From Alphaproteobacteria bacterium (lineage in GTDB: Bacteria > Pseudomonadota > Alphaproteobacteria > UBA8317), in contig JAYPQH010000037.1 in the NCBI GenBank assembly GCA_038131935.1, positions 1 through 64,000 on the forward strand: a stretch of DNA of 64,000 bases. Direction: 5' to 3'. Positions 10,803 to 21,052 of this stretch are shown piece after piece. The position numbers and the translations under genes are program-made. Positions within the stretch are counted from its first letter, which is position 1. Every line of letters starts with the position of its first letter. The notes below the pieces were generated by a model. That model searched no databases. It saw only the letters and a program-made list of their open reading frames with translations, and was not told the origin of the DNA.

Positions 10803-12287
10803 ATGGCCGACGGTTTTGTACGCCTGCACGAAAGAGATAACGTATTAACATGTATGAGTGATGATGGGGTGAATGGTATCCCACGTGGTCACAAGGTTGC
10901 AGCTGAGAATATTACAGCAGGACAACCGGTTATAAAATACAACCAAATCATTGGTGAAGCATCCCAAGACATCATTCAAAATGAGCATGTTCATGTGCAT
11001 AATTTGGCCATGGGGCACTTTGATCGGGTGCATGAATTTTGTGCGGACGCCAACTGGAGTCGTCGACCCATGCTTACAGGACCTACAACATTTGATGGCT
11101 ACATGAGGGCCAACAAATCAGTCGGTACCCGTAATTACATTGGTGTCCTAACAACGGTGAACTGCTCAGCGACAGTTGCCCGTTATATCGCGGAGCATTT
11201 TCGTGGAGACGCATTAGATGCCTATGAAAACGTCGATGGTGTTGTATCTTTGGTGCATGGTACCGGCTGTGGCATGGCTGGTAACGGCGAAGGCATGGCG
11301 AATTTACAGCGTGTTCTTTGGGGCTATGCAGGTCATCCCAATTTTGGGGGCATTTTGTTGGTTGGCTTGGGTTGTGAACAGGCGCAGGTCTCCATGATGG
11401 TGAGCAGTTTTGGTTTTGAGGAAGGTCGTACCTTTCGGTATTTCAATATCCAAGATGTTGGGGGAACAAGGGCTACAGTTGATCATGGTATCCGTATGAT
11501 CAAAGAGATGTTACCCCAGGTGAACGATATTTCTCGTTCAACTGTGCCGGTATCTGAATTGAGTTTGGCCTTACAATGTGGAGGATCTGATGCCTATTCT
11601 GGTGTTACAGCCAACCCTGCATTGGGTTATGCCAGTGATCTGATTGTTGCCCATGGCGGAACAACGATTTTGGCAGAAACGCCTGAAATCTATGGTGCAG
11701 AACATTTGTTGACCCGGCGTGCCATCAATGAAGATGTTGCCAAAAAACTTTTGGATCGCATCAGCTGGTGGGAAGATTATACCATGCGTAATGGTAACGA
11801 AATGAACAATAATCCATCTCCAGGTAACAAAGCAGGTGGTTTAACGACCATTTTGGAAAAGTCACTTGGCGCTGTTGCCAAAGGAGGTACGGCACCTCTT
11901 GCGGATGTTTTGCTGTATGGCGAAGCCAGCAAACGCAAAGGGTTTCATTTTATGGACTCTCCAGGCTATGATCCGACCTCTATTACAGGCCAGGTGGCAA
12001 GTGGTGCCAATGTTGTATGTTTTACAACCGGTCGTGGATCTGTTTATGGCTGCAAGCCTTCACCATCTATAAAATTGGCAACCAACAGCGTGATGTATCA
12101 AAAATTGCAAGAAGATATGGACGTTAATTGTGGTGTGATTGCTGATGGTCACGCCAGTGTACAACAGGTTGGTGAGGAAATTTATCAGTTGATTGTGGAT
12201 GTTGCCTCAGGGCGTCCGAGCAAGTCAGAAGCCTTAGGTTTTGGCGATGCAGAATTTGTTCCTTGGCAGATCGGCGCTGTGATGTAA
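10803..12287 (+). CDS. UxaA-family (altronate/galactarate-type) dehydratase with N-terminal SAF domain
   Basis: IPRGHKVA, HVHVHN, GTRNYIG, HGTGCG, LQCGGSD, NNPSPGNKAGGLTTILEKSLG and FTTGRGS motifs. Confidence 0.9.
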   Translation: MADGFVRLHERDNVLTCMSDDGVNGIPRGHKVAAENITAGQPVIKYNQIIGEASQDIIQNEHVHVHNLAMGHFDRVHEFCADANWSRRPMLTGPTTFDGYMRANKSVGTRNYIGVLTTVNCSATVARYIAEHFRGDALDAYENVDGVVSLVHGTGCGMAGNGEGMANLQRVLWGYAGHPNFGGILLVGLGCEQAQVSMMVSSFGFEEGRTFRYFNIQDVGGTRATVDHGIRMIKEMLPQVNDISRSTVPVSELSLALQCGGSDAYSGVTANPALGYASDLIVAHGGTTILAETPEIYGAEHLLTRRAINEDVAKKLLDRISWWEDYTMRNGNEMNNNPSPGNKAGGLTTILEKSLGAVAKGGTAPLADVLLYGEASKRKGFHFMDSPGYDPTSITGQVASGANVVCFTTGRGSVYGCKPSPSIKLATNSVMYQKLQEDMDVNCGVIADGHASVQQVGEEIYQLIVDVASGRPSKSEALGFGDAEFVPWQIGAVM

Positions 12288-12342
12288 AAAAATACAACAG
12301 CCAACGTCCTATTTTTTAGGGAATATTACGTATTTGGTTGAT

Positions 12343-12375
12343 TGTTACGTCAATGCATTGGTCATTGACGTAACA
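12343..12375. terminator. Perfect 13-bp hairpin between convergent genes (possible bidirectional terminator)
   Basis: TGTTACGTCAATG-cattggt-CATTGACGTAACA. No strong U tract on either side. Confidence 0.5.
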
Positions 12376-12392
12376 TGAGGTGGCATAATCGT

Positions 12393-13302
12393 TTATTCAG
12401 CCGCAGGATTGGATTTGAAAGCGCTGTCAACACCAGAGGACTTTTGGGTTCTAAAAATTGAACCGCCGATGGGTGCTGGTGGCAGGGATAGGCGAACGGG
12501 ATTGCTCTCAATTCTAGGTGTTAATGATACCTCTCCACATAGAATTCGATCTTGGAGGTCTTCCCACATGTCCTTTTGGCTTAATCTATGAAAATATGAA
12601 TTGGCTCCTGTTAAAGGCCACGCATCACCAGCATGACATTCATAAAACAACATCATTCGGGAGTGGGCGGAAACATTGGGCGCTGAGCCATGTAATGTGC
12701 GCGCATGATGTATCGACATGTCCCCAGCTTTCCCAGTCAATGTGATAGCTTGTGACAAATCAAGGTCATCATCGTCAGGGGAAACAGCACCTGCAAAGAC
12801 ACCATTATGATGGTGGTTCAACACAGGGCCCCGGTGGCTCTTTGGAATAACTTGTAAAGGGGCGTTCGTTTCATCAACATCATCAAGCATGATCCCCAAC
12901 GCCAGAACGTCATCATTGGTATAGGGGTAAAAGGCCCAATCTTGATGCCATTCAACCGCAGCACCTCCACCAGGTGCCTTCATGTTCAATTTTGCGGTTT
13001 GAAGAACAACATTTGGCCCGAGCAAAGCCTTTAGGATAGATATGATTTTTTCACTGCGCATGATTTCATCGAAGACAGCATGCTGTTTATGAGGAAGCTT
13101 AATACGGGGTTAACCGAACATTGTCCGCACTATGGCCCTCATCAATGTCAAACCTATCATCAGTTTCAGTAATATCTTTTGCTTGCTCACATAACATGGA
13201 CACAGCATCATGTGCGGCTTTTAATATATCAGGTGAGAGAACATTCTTGACCATGACAAATCCTTGGTCCTGATATTCATTTAAGAGTTTGTTTGCGTCC
13301 AT
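12393..13302 (-). CDS. Phytanoyl-CoA dioxygenase (PhyH) family Fe(II)/2OG oxygenase; frameshift at 13106-13109
   Basis: EYQDQGFVMVKNVLS N-terminus, then KLNMK, WHQDW and HHARTLHGSAPN.S..R. Removing one base from a 4-base run gives ..LTRIKLPHKQH... Confidence 0.85.
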
Positions 13303-13304
13303 TT

Positions 13305-14006
13305 TTACCTCGCTAAAAGCCAACCACCATCTACGTCTATGGTTGTGCCGGTTACAAAATCATTTTCCACTTGAAAGATAATAGCCTGAGCGACTTCTTC
13401 TGCGGTTCCAGCTCGGGGAATCAAATGGTGTCCCGTGCGTTTTTTGATAATTTCTTCTCTTGTTGGGCCAACGGCTCTCATGATGGGCGTATCAATAAAC
13501 CCAGGTGCAACCACGTTTAATCTTTTGGGTGTAATTTCTGGTGCAACAGCCCTTACCAAGGCCTCCACAGCGCCACCTACGGTTGAGATGGCCACCATAT
13601 CTTCTTCACAGCGACGCGCTGGGGTGCCACTCACCAAAACCGCACATCCTTGATCTGTTAGATGAGGCACGCCCTCATGCAAAATATTAACATAACCCCA
13701 AAGCTTGGCAAAAGAACCACGAAACCCTTGGACGTCCATATCAAGGAATGATCCTCGTGCTCTTGCCCCACCTGTGGCGGTGGCGATGAGTATGTCATAG
13801 GGACTAAGACGTGCACACAATCCCGCCACCGCATCTGTGTCAAGTACGTCACAAGGTTCTTTTTGGAACCCCTCAGTTCCTGCTTTGTCAGGATCTCTGG
13901 AGATAATAGTGACGTTTGCGCCTTTAGATTTCAGCATCTTTGCCGCAGCAAGGCCGATGCCTGATGAGCCGCCAAAAACCAGCGCCTTTTTACCTGTGAT
14001 ATCCAT
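13305..14006 (-). CDS. Short-chain dehydrogenase/reductase (atypical)
   Basis: GGSSGIG, RLNVVAPGFIDT and TGTTIDVDGG. No clear YxxxK motif. Confidence 0.85.
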   Translation of the reverse strand: MDITGKKALVFGGSSGIGLAAAKMLKSKGANVTIISRDPDKAGTEGFQKEPCDVLDTDAVAGLCARLSPYDILIATATGGARARGSFLDMDVQGFRGSFAKLWGYVNILHEGVPHLTDQGCAVLVSGTPARRCEEDMVAISTVGGAVEALVRAVAPEITPKRLNVVAPGFIDTPIMRAVGPTREEIIKKRTGHHLIPRAGTAEEVAQAIIFQVENDFVTGTTIDVDGGWLLAR

Positions 14007-14131
14007 TGCAGATCCTTTTTGTTTTTTTTGATTTAATAATAAAGCTGAAGCATCTGCAACTCACATCTTGCCATGAACCTTAAACTCAGATCATCTTTCA
14101 ATTGGTGGAAGACAATTCGGGAGATGAAACT

Positions 14132-14530
14132 ATGACACAGACTATTGTTCGAGGTGTGAAGGAAATGGTGGAAGAGGCCAACGCCGTTGTCGATGTGATG
14201 AGCTTGGAGGATGCAAGGGCTGCTCATGGCAATGAAGATTACGTGTTTATTGACGTACGTGATCATCGTGAACTCAAGCGTGATGGCAAAATACCAGGTG
14301 CGTTTTCTTGCCCAAGAGGTATGTTGGAGTTTTGGATAGATCCAAACAGTCCTTATCATAAAGATATTTTTGCGCAGGACAAAACATTTGTGTTTTACTG
14401 TGCTAGCGCATGGCGTTCGGCTTTGGCGACCAAGGTTGCAAAAGAGATGGGTTTAGCACCAGTTTGTCATCTAGACGGTGGCTTTGGTGCATGGAAAAAG
14501 AGCGGGGCTGATATAGAGGTATTATCATGA
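14132..14530 (+). CDS. Single-domain rhodanese-like protein
   Basis: IDVRD, GKIPGA, RGMLEFW, active-site loop YCASAWRS and LDGGFGAW. Confidence 0.88.
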   Translation: MTQTIVRGVKEMVEEANAVVDVMSLEDARAAHGNEDYVFIDVRDHRELKRDGKIPGAFSCPRGMLEFWIDPNSPYHKDIFAQDKTFVFYCASAWRSALATKVAKEMGLAPVCHLDGGFGAWKKSGADIEVLS

Positions 14531-15246
14531 CAGAAGTCATCGTTGTCACAGGTGGGTCTAATGGGATTGGCTTAGGTTGTGTGCAGGCCGCCAAACAACT
14601 TGGTCGCACGGTTGTTAATGTTGATATCTTACCTGAGGGAAGCCCTCAAAGTGATGTATACATTCAAGCTGACTTGCGACAGAGGGATCAGTTAGACGCA
14701 GCATTTTCAGAAATATTATCACGTTTCGATATTGTTGGATTGGTCAATAATGCGGGCGCAGCCATCAATCATAACCTTGAGGAAACTGGTTCTGAGGATT
14801 TTGACGAATTGGTGCCATTAAATTTGATTGCACCAATGTTGTGCACGCAGCATGCCTTGTCCTCTATGCGCAAAGTTGGTTGGGGACGTGTTGTTAACAT
14901 CGCCAGTCGGGTTGTCTTGGGCAAAGAAAATCGTTCCGCTTATGCGGCAACCAAAGGTGGATTGTCTTCCATGGGTAAGGGATGGGCTTTGGAGTTGGCA
15001 GCCGAAGGTATCACGGTCAACACGATTGCGCCTGGCCCCATTGCGACGGATTTGTTCAACCGGGCGAACCCTCCAGGAAGTCCGTTAACGGAAAAAATTC
15101 GTAATGGTGTTCCCGTAAAGAGGTTGGGTACTGCGCATGATATCGCGCGTGCGGCTATGTTCTTCTTAGCGGAAGACGCTGGATTTGTTACAGGACAAAC
15201 CCTTTACGTTTGTGGGGGTATGACAATCGGTGCTTCTGGCCATTAA
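14527..15246 (+). CDS. SDR family oxidoreductase (FabG-like)
   Basis: TGGSNGIG, LVNNAG, YAATK, ITVNTIAPGPIAT and FVTGQTL motifs. Confidence 0.9.
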   Translation: MTEVIVVTGGSNGIGLGCVQAAKQLGRTVVNVDILPEGSPQSDVYIQADLRQRDQLDAAFSEILSRFDIVGLVNNAGAAINHNLEETGSEDFDELVPLNLIAPMLCTQHALSSMRKVGWGRVVNIASRVVLGKENRSAYAATKGGLSSMGKGWALELAAEGITVNTIAPGPIATDLFNRANPPGSPLTEKIRNGVPVKRLGTAHDIARAAMFFLAEDAGFVTGQTLYVCGGMTIGASGH

Positions 15247-15269
15247 ATATGGCCAGCTAAACCTTATGA

Positions 15270-15923
15270 TTACGCTTTGTAAGCTTTGAGCAAAATAGCG
15301 TAGCCACCCATGATGTCTGTTTGTTCGGCATGAAATCCCTCAGCCTCTGTCATCTGGTGAAAGACAGGACCCAAACGAGCATCTGGAAAAACATGGAACG
15401 CGCGCAACCAGCTTTGGAGCGCCCAACGAAAGGGCTGATAGAGCCCTTTTCCTGTAGAAAAATCTACCACATGTATGCTGCCCTGTTCGGACAATAGATG
15501 TAGGGCATGCTGCAGAGCGATTTCCCATTGAGGTATCATAGAGAGGGAATAGCTGAAAAAGATACGATCGAAGGTAGAACGACCGAATAGCGCCATGGGG
15601 TCAAAATCCCTAGCATCACCCCTAGCCAATTTCATGCTTTCAGAGAGACCTCTCTGCGCTATTTGCTTATGGGCTGTGTCAAGCATAACTTGGGAAATAT
15701 CCATCCCGTAATATTGTGGATAGGGATAATGGCCGTGGGCATGGATCAAGTTACGTCCTGTGCCGCAGCCAATTTCTAACACATGGTTGTTGTTCTGAGC
15801 GTTTAATTCCTTGATCATGCGATCTCGCCCAAAGAGATAATATTTTCTTGTGGCATCATAAATCGCTTGTTGCGGTCGATAAATAGCATCCATCAACCTA
15901 GCATGTTGTTGATCGCTGCTCAT
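15270..15923 (-). CDS. btaB: SAM:diacylglycerylhomoserine N-methyltransferase (betaine lipid synthesis)
   Basis: IYDATRKYYLFGRD, VLEIGCGTGRNL and FSYSLSMIP.W. Overlaps btaA by ATGA. Confidence 0.9.
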   Translation of the reverse strand: MSSDQQHARLMDAIYRPQQAIYDATRKYYLFGRDRMIKELNAQNNNHVLEIGCGTGRNLIHAHGHYPYPQYYGMDISQVMLDTAHKQIAQRGLSESMKLARGDARDFDPMALFGRSTFDRIFFSYSLSMIPQWEIALQHALHLLSEQGSIHVVDFSTGKGLYQPFRWALQSWLRAFHVFPDARLGPVFHQMTEAEGFHAEQTDIMGGYAILLKAYKA

Positions 15924-17158
15924 GATTTTAGCTCATAGACATGAACACCACCATAGATTGCTGCACGGTCTCTAGCGGTAAGATCATCAGATAGATCTTC
16001 GTGATATGTCCAGCGGCTCAAGATATCGTCATCCAAGCGACCAGGCAGAAGACTAGGGCGATCTGCTGTTCGGAATAGAACCCGCGCACCTGGCCGGGCT
16101 GTTCGTGTGATTTCTGACCATAGTTGGTCAAGCTGTTGGTTGCTCATCCAATCCTGGGCATCCAACAACAAATATGCATCAAAGCTATTTTTACCGCGGG
16201 CTTCTAACTCTTTTGTGTAGGGTCTGTGGCTCACTGTGAGTCTTTCAGCGCGACTTTTGATGTCTTCGTAATGCTCTCTTTTGAGATATGGGGGGAGGGA
16301 AATATTTTCTCCTTTGCCGTAAGCATGGGTGAGGGCTTGCATCGCAAAGTAATTCTCTTCGATGGGAAAATCACCAAATAGCTTTCGTAGGCGATTACGC
16401 AAAACATCTGCCATGGATCCATCACCCTCTCGTGCAAGGGCTTCATATTGTGCGGGTGGAATACCAAGTCCAAAAAGGGACGCACGTGCCGCTGTGACGC
16501 GGCGGACAATCCAATGGTCAAATACAGGTGAAATTTCTCTTTCAAAAAATTCAATCTGTGCTTTTTGATCAGGCATTTCCAACATTTCACTAAGTCGGAC
16601 ACCTAAAAGATATGCACTGATCCTTCCAACACTAATAAAACGACCCAACAAACCATAGCGGTAAATATTACGTGTAAAAATAGAAACACGTCGACGCATA
16701 AGGATATCTCTTTGCTGCCAATACTGACGGCAATCAATGTCAAGGTTATCACGGATATGCCTATCGTAGACTTGAATATTGGAAGCTTCAGAAGCATCCC
16801 CAAAGAAGCGGTAGTAACTTTGATAGTTCGGAAGATAGCGGGCGCCTGTCTGCTTAAGTTTGATGAGGTTAATATGATGGAAATTCAGATCTACTGCATG
16901 AACTGCCTCTGGATCAGAAACAAGGTAAGACAGTGCATTACAGCCTCCAGAAGATATGGTCATGATGGATTTGCCAGAGCTTAATGCAAGGCCTTCCATA
17001 TCAACGATAGGATCTTCCCAAATCTGTGGGTACACAAGCCCCCGGAACATTGTGGTGAACAACCTTTCCATCAACCAAGTGAATGACATTTTCTGAGATT
17101 GATGAGCGGAATAAGAAAGGTTTGCCTTAGATATCTGTTTACCGGTTGATTTGGCCAT
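15920..17158 (-). CDS. btaA: SAM:diacylglycerol 3-amino-3-carboxypropyl transferase (DUF3419)
   Basis: LVYPQIWEDP.VD, ISSGGCNALSYL, YGLLGRFI, NYF, LLDAQDWM and DRAAIYGG. GAGGA RBS precedes ATG 17158. Confidence 0.92.
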   Translation of the reverse strand: MAKSTGKQISKANLSYSAHQSQKMSFTWLMERLFTTMFRGLVYPQIWEDPIVDMEGLALSSGKSIMTISSGGCNALSYLVSDPEAVHAVDLNFHHINLIKLKQTGARYLPNYQSYYRFFGDASEASNIQVYDRHIRDNLDIDCRQYWQQRDILMRRRVSIFTRNIYRYGLLGRFISVGRISAYLLGVRLSEMLEMPDQKAQIEFFEREISPVFDHWIVRRVTAARASLFGLGIPPAQYEALAREGDGSMADVLRNRLRKLFGDFPIEENYFAMQALTHAYGKGENISLPPYLKREHYEDIKSRAERLTVSHRPYTKELEARGKNSFDAYLLLDAQDWMSNQQLDQLWSEITRTARPGARVLFRTADRPSLLPGRLDDDILSRWTYHEDLSDDLTARDRAAIYGGVHVYELKS

Positions 17159-17255
17159 TTCAATCCTCACAAGATAATACCCAAGTTGTCGTTGCCATGT
17201 TGCAGAAAATCAAGCAATGTTTTTTATCATGTTTGTGATGAAAAGTTGAAATGAC

Positions 17256-17912
17256 ATGGAAAAAGATTCTTTGTTGGTAGATATTGTATCTGATGTCGTC
17301 TGTCCTTGGTGTGTTGTTGGCTACCATCAATTAAGCAAAGCGGCTGAAATGATTGGCAAGAAATTGGTGATCCAATGGCATCCTTTCCAGCTAAATCCTG
17401 ACATGCCTGAAGATGGTGAAAACTACATAAGCTATCTTATGGCTAAATATGGAATGAGCAGGGCACATGTTTTGTCCAACAGAATTCGTATTACAGAATT
17501 AGGACAAGCTGTTGGATTTGCCTTTCATTATAATGAGCAAATGCGCACCTACAATAGCCTAAGGGCTCATCAGTTGGTCGCTTCAGCAGAAAATGATGAG
17601 CAACGTCACCAATTGGTGATGTCATTGTTTGATGCATTCTTTGTAAAGCATGTGAACATTTCGTACGCTGATGAACTTATTGAAATTGGTGAACGCGCTG
17701 GGCTGAACAGAGAAATCATTGCCAAAAATCTTGAAGATAAAACCTTCCTCCCACAAGTGGAAAGAGATATGAAAGCATGGCGTGAGCTTGGGGTGAATGG
17801 TGTGCCAAGTTTTCTTTTTGAAAATACTTATTTTGTGTCGGGAGCCCAAGGGGTTGAACGTTTCTCTAATATCCTCACGCAAGTCTCACACGCGAAGAAC
17901 AATAGCGAATAG
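17256..17912 (+). CDS. DsbA/FrnE-family dithiol oxidoreductase
   Basis: SDVVCPWC, PFQLNPDMP, GVNGVPSF and SGAQ motifs. Confidence 0.88.
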   Translation: MEKDSLLVDIVSDVVCPWCVVGYHQLSKAAEMIGKKLVIQWHPFQLNPDMPEDGENYISYLMAKYGMSRAHVLSNRIRITELGQAVGFAFHYNEQMRTYNSLRAHQLVASAENDEQRHQLVMSLFDAFFVKHVNISYADELIEIGERAGLNREIIAKNLEDKTFLPQVERDMKAWRELGVNGVPSFLFENTYFVSGAQGVERFSNILTQVSHAKNNSE

Positions 17913-17987
17913 GAAGCCAATCTTAACCCCATAAAGGATGGGAGATACATCTTTTATGGGGCTTAATCGGGTTGTTAGGTACTATGT

Positions 17988-19208
17988 TCACCCTTTGAGC
18001 GTGGACCAATTGAGGGGTTGGTTGAGGTCAATAAAATTGTCCACTGGTGCTAAGGGGTATTTTAACCCCGTTGCACAGTTGAATAGCACAACTTTATCTG
18101 TCTTATCGACCAGCCCTTGCTGCAGTGCTTGTTGATAGGCTACGGCCGTCGCCGCACCTTCTGGGCAGAGCAAAAGGCCGTCATCATGAGCTACATCATC
18201 ACGATAAGCCAAAATATCATCATCAGAGACGGTCATACAGAAACCTTGAGATTCTCGTACAGCGCGGATGATTAAGAAATCACCTACGGCAATAGGAACC
18301 CTGATACCTGCCGCCACAGTATGAGCATTTTCCCATAAAGGTGCATGTTCTTCCCCGCGTGCCCAAGCCTCATAAATAGGCGCACAGCCTTCAGCTTGAA
18401 CAGCCACCATTCGGGGTAATTTACCTTTGAGCCAGCCTATATCTTGAAGTTCTTGGAAGGCTTTCCACATACCAATGAGGCCCGTGCCGCCGCCGGTGGG
18501 ATAAAAAATAACATCTGGTAACGTCCAACCCCATTGCTCTGCCAACTCCAGTCCCATGGTTTTTTTACCTTCAATCCGGTAAGGTTCCTTGAGGGTCGAA
18601 ACATCAAACCATCCTATTTGAGACTTGCCTTCTCCGACAATGCGTCCGCAATCATTGATGAGGCCATTTACCTTCCAAACTTCAGCAGCCTGTTGTTGGA
18701 TTTCACGTATGTTGATGTCTGGCGTGTCATCTGGACAAAACACAGTGGCCTTAAGGCCAGCGCGGCGGGCGTATGCTGCCATGGCCGCTCCTGCATTTCC
18801 ATTTGTTGGTATCGCCAGATGGGTAAGACCAAATTGCTTAGCCATGGAAACAGCAAGGGCCAGGCCTCTGGCTTTAAATGAACCGGTTGGAAGTCGTCCT
18901 TCATCCTTGACATAAATACTGCCTGGGTTAACCCCATGTCGCTGAGCCCATCGGTCTAGGCTAATCAATGGGGTTGTGACTTCTCCTAGTGAAATTCGGT
19001 TAGCTTTTTCTGTGGGTAGAAATGGTGCATAGCGCCACAAGCCATCGCCTTCTAGTTGATCTTTCTGCAGTGAGGATGTCATTCGCTCAAGGTCATAGCG
19101 AACCAGTAAGGGGCGGCCCGCATTTGATAAGCCATGCACCTCACCTGCGGGATATTTTTCACCAGTTAGAGAACATTCTAGGTGCGTCACATAAAGGTCG
19201 GAGTTCAT
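17988..19208 (-). CDS. thrC: Threonine synthase-like PLP enzyme (fold type II)
   Basis: LPTGSFKARG (PLP lysine), PYRIEGKKTMG, YPTGGGTG, CPEGAA and FNCATGLKY. GGAGA RBS precedes ATG 19208. Confidence 0.75.
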   Translation of the reverse strand: MNSDLYVTHLECSLTGEKYPAGEVHGLSNAGRPLLVRYDLERMTSSLQKDQLEGDGLWRYAPFLPTEKANRISLGEVTTPLISLDRWAQRHGVNPGSIYVKDEGRLPTGSFKARGLALAVSMAKQFGLTHLAIPTNGNAGAAMAAYARRAGLKATVFCPDDTPDINIREIQQQAAEVWKVNGLINDCGRIVGEGKSQIGWFDVSTLKEPYRIEGKKTMGLELAEQWGWTLPDVIFYPTGGGTGLIGMWKAFQELQDIGWLKGKLPRMVAVQAEGCAPIYEAWARGEEHAPLWENAHTVAAGIRVPIAVGDFLIIRAVRESQGFCMTVSDDDILAYRDDVAHDDGLLLCPEGAATAVAYQQALQQGLVDKTDKVVLFNCATGLKYPLAPVDNFIDLNQPLNWSTLKG

Positions 19209-19289
19209 GTCTGTATTTCTCCATTTTTGGTGGCCATTGTTTGTCACCTCAATATTCAAGAGTTTCATCAAAACATTGTTCAAATATGC

Positions 19290-21025
19290 CTAGCGATGAT
19301 ACAAAGACTCAAGTGCTTCACTATATCTTGCCCAGACAACATGACGACGCCCTTTCAAGGTTGCAGTCATTTCACCATTTTCTACGCTGAATGGCTCATC
19401 GGCTACGATAAACCTACGAACACGCTCATGTGCAGGAAGTTGATTGTTAACTTGTGCAACCTGCTCAGCAAGAGCTTTTTCTTCTTCTTTTATGTCGGTA
19501 TTTTCACCCTCGCGATGGGGGACGAGAACTGCAGAAAGCCACGGGCGTTTATCACCAAAAACCATAGCTTGCGCGATAAGTGGCTGAAAAGTGAGCATCT
19601 GCTCGATTTTGCTTGGGGCAATGTTGTCGCCACCAGAATTCACGATCATGTCTTTTTTACGGCCAGTAATATACAGATATCCATCAGGATCGATATGCCC
19701 GATGTCGCCGGTATATAACCAGCCGTCTTGAATGGTTTCGGCTGTCGCTTCCTTATCGGACCAATAGCCCTGCATCACCATATCTCCCCGAGCAAGGATT
19801 TCACCATCCTCTGCAATTTTGAGTTCCACGCCCTTAACAGGGGGCCTACCGAGGCAACTTTGATTTTCCCGGGTCTATTTGCTGATATCAATGGAGATGC
19901 TTCCGTTTGGCCGTAACCTTGTAAAATTTGAACCCCCAAAGACATGAAAAAATATCCAATTTCAGGATTAAGTGGTGCACCTCCTGATACGAAATATTGC
20001 AAGCGTCCTCCGAGTCTTGCCTTTACTTTTTTGCGGACCAGGACATCCAACAGTTGATCATAAAATGTTTCTACCCATGATAATGGCTGTGTATCCAGTC
20101 GCTTGCGACCCAATTTCAGTGCGCTCATGAACAGTTTGGCACTCAAGCCACCTTTTGCCTTAACGCCGCGCATGATGCGGTCATGAAGAACTTCATAAAG
20201 CCTGGGGACTGCTGTCATCAATGTTGGTGATGTCTCTTGAAGGTCTCTGGCGATATGCTCTCTGCTTTCGCAATACCAAACTTCAGAGTTTGTTTGGATC
20301 GGTAGATGAAGTCCGGCGGTGTGTTCATATGAATGTGATAAGGGTAATAGTGACAAAAATCTTTGCCCATGGGTAATCCCACCCTCAGCTAGCAAGTCTT
20401 TGGCTGCATCAATATTCGCTTGAATGGATGCATGAGTAAGCATAACAGCTTTAGGAACACCTCCAGTTCCCGATGTATATATGAAGCAGCAAACATCTGT
20501 TGGTGATAACTTATCCAAGTCTCGGTCGATATTTTCTAGCGGTTTTTGACTATCAATATCTTTCCAACAGCCAACGGTCTGTTCATAGTCCTCGCGAGAA
20601 ATGTCATCCTCTATACTGCATAATAGGGGTCGAGAGGTGCAGTCTTGTAACGCTTGAAGTACTGTTTTGAATAGCTTGCCTCCACCAACCAGCGCGAGCT
20701 TAGCACCGGAGTGATTGAAGACATGTGCATGATCTGCAGATGTTGATGTTGTATAACTGGGAACAACGATGGCACCTAATGACATAATTGCAAGATCACA
20801 AAGTGCCCAGCGCGTTGAATTTTCAGCAACTATGGCAACCCTATCCCCAGCGCAAACGCCATGATGTTGAAGAAATGCGGCAAGTTTTAAGACTTGTGTT
20901 TTGGCGTCCTCACCGGTTGTTGCTTGCCACTGTCCCTGTCGCTTGTCATAAAACAAAGCTTGGTTTGGTATGTCATGAACGCGTTTGAAAAATGCTTGTG
21001 GGAGCGTTTTTTTTGGTTGGTACAT
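19290..21025 (-). CDS. fadD: Long-chain-fatty-acid--CoA ligase; frameshift at 19840-19844
   Basis: YTSGTGGVPK, LPLSHSYE and QGYGQTE in the first ORF. TGDIG and ITGRKKD in the second. One base in the G5 run restores ..VGPPVKGVEL... Confidence 0.88.
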
Positions 21026-21052
21026 ATCTTTGAAACCCCCAATATCATGACA

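Noticed and set aside
17160-17260. Pho box upstream of btaA
   Set aside because: The TCAT-containing half-sites are 13 bp apart rather than 11, so there is no convincing match.
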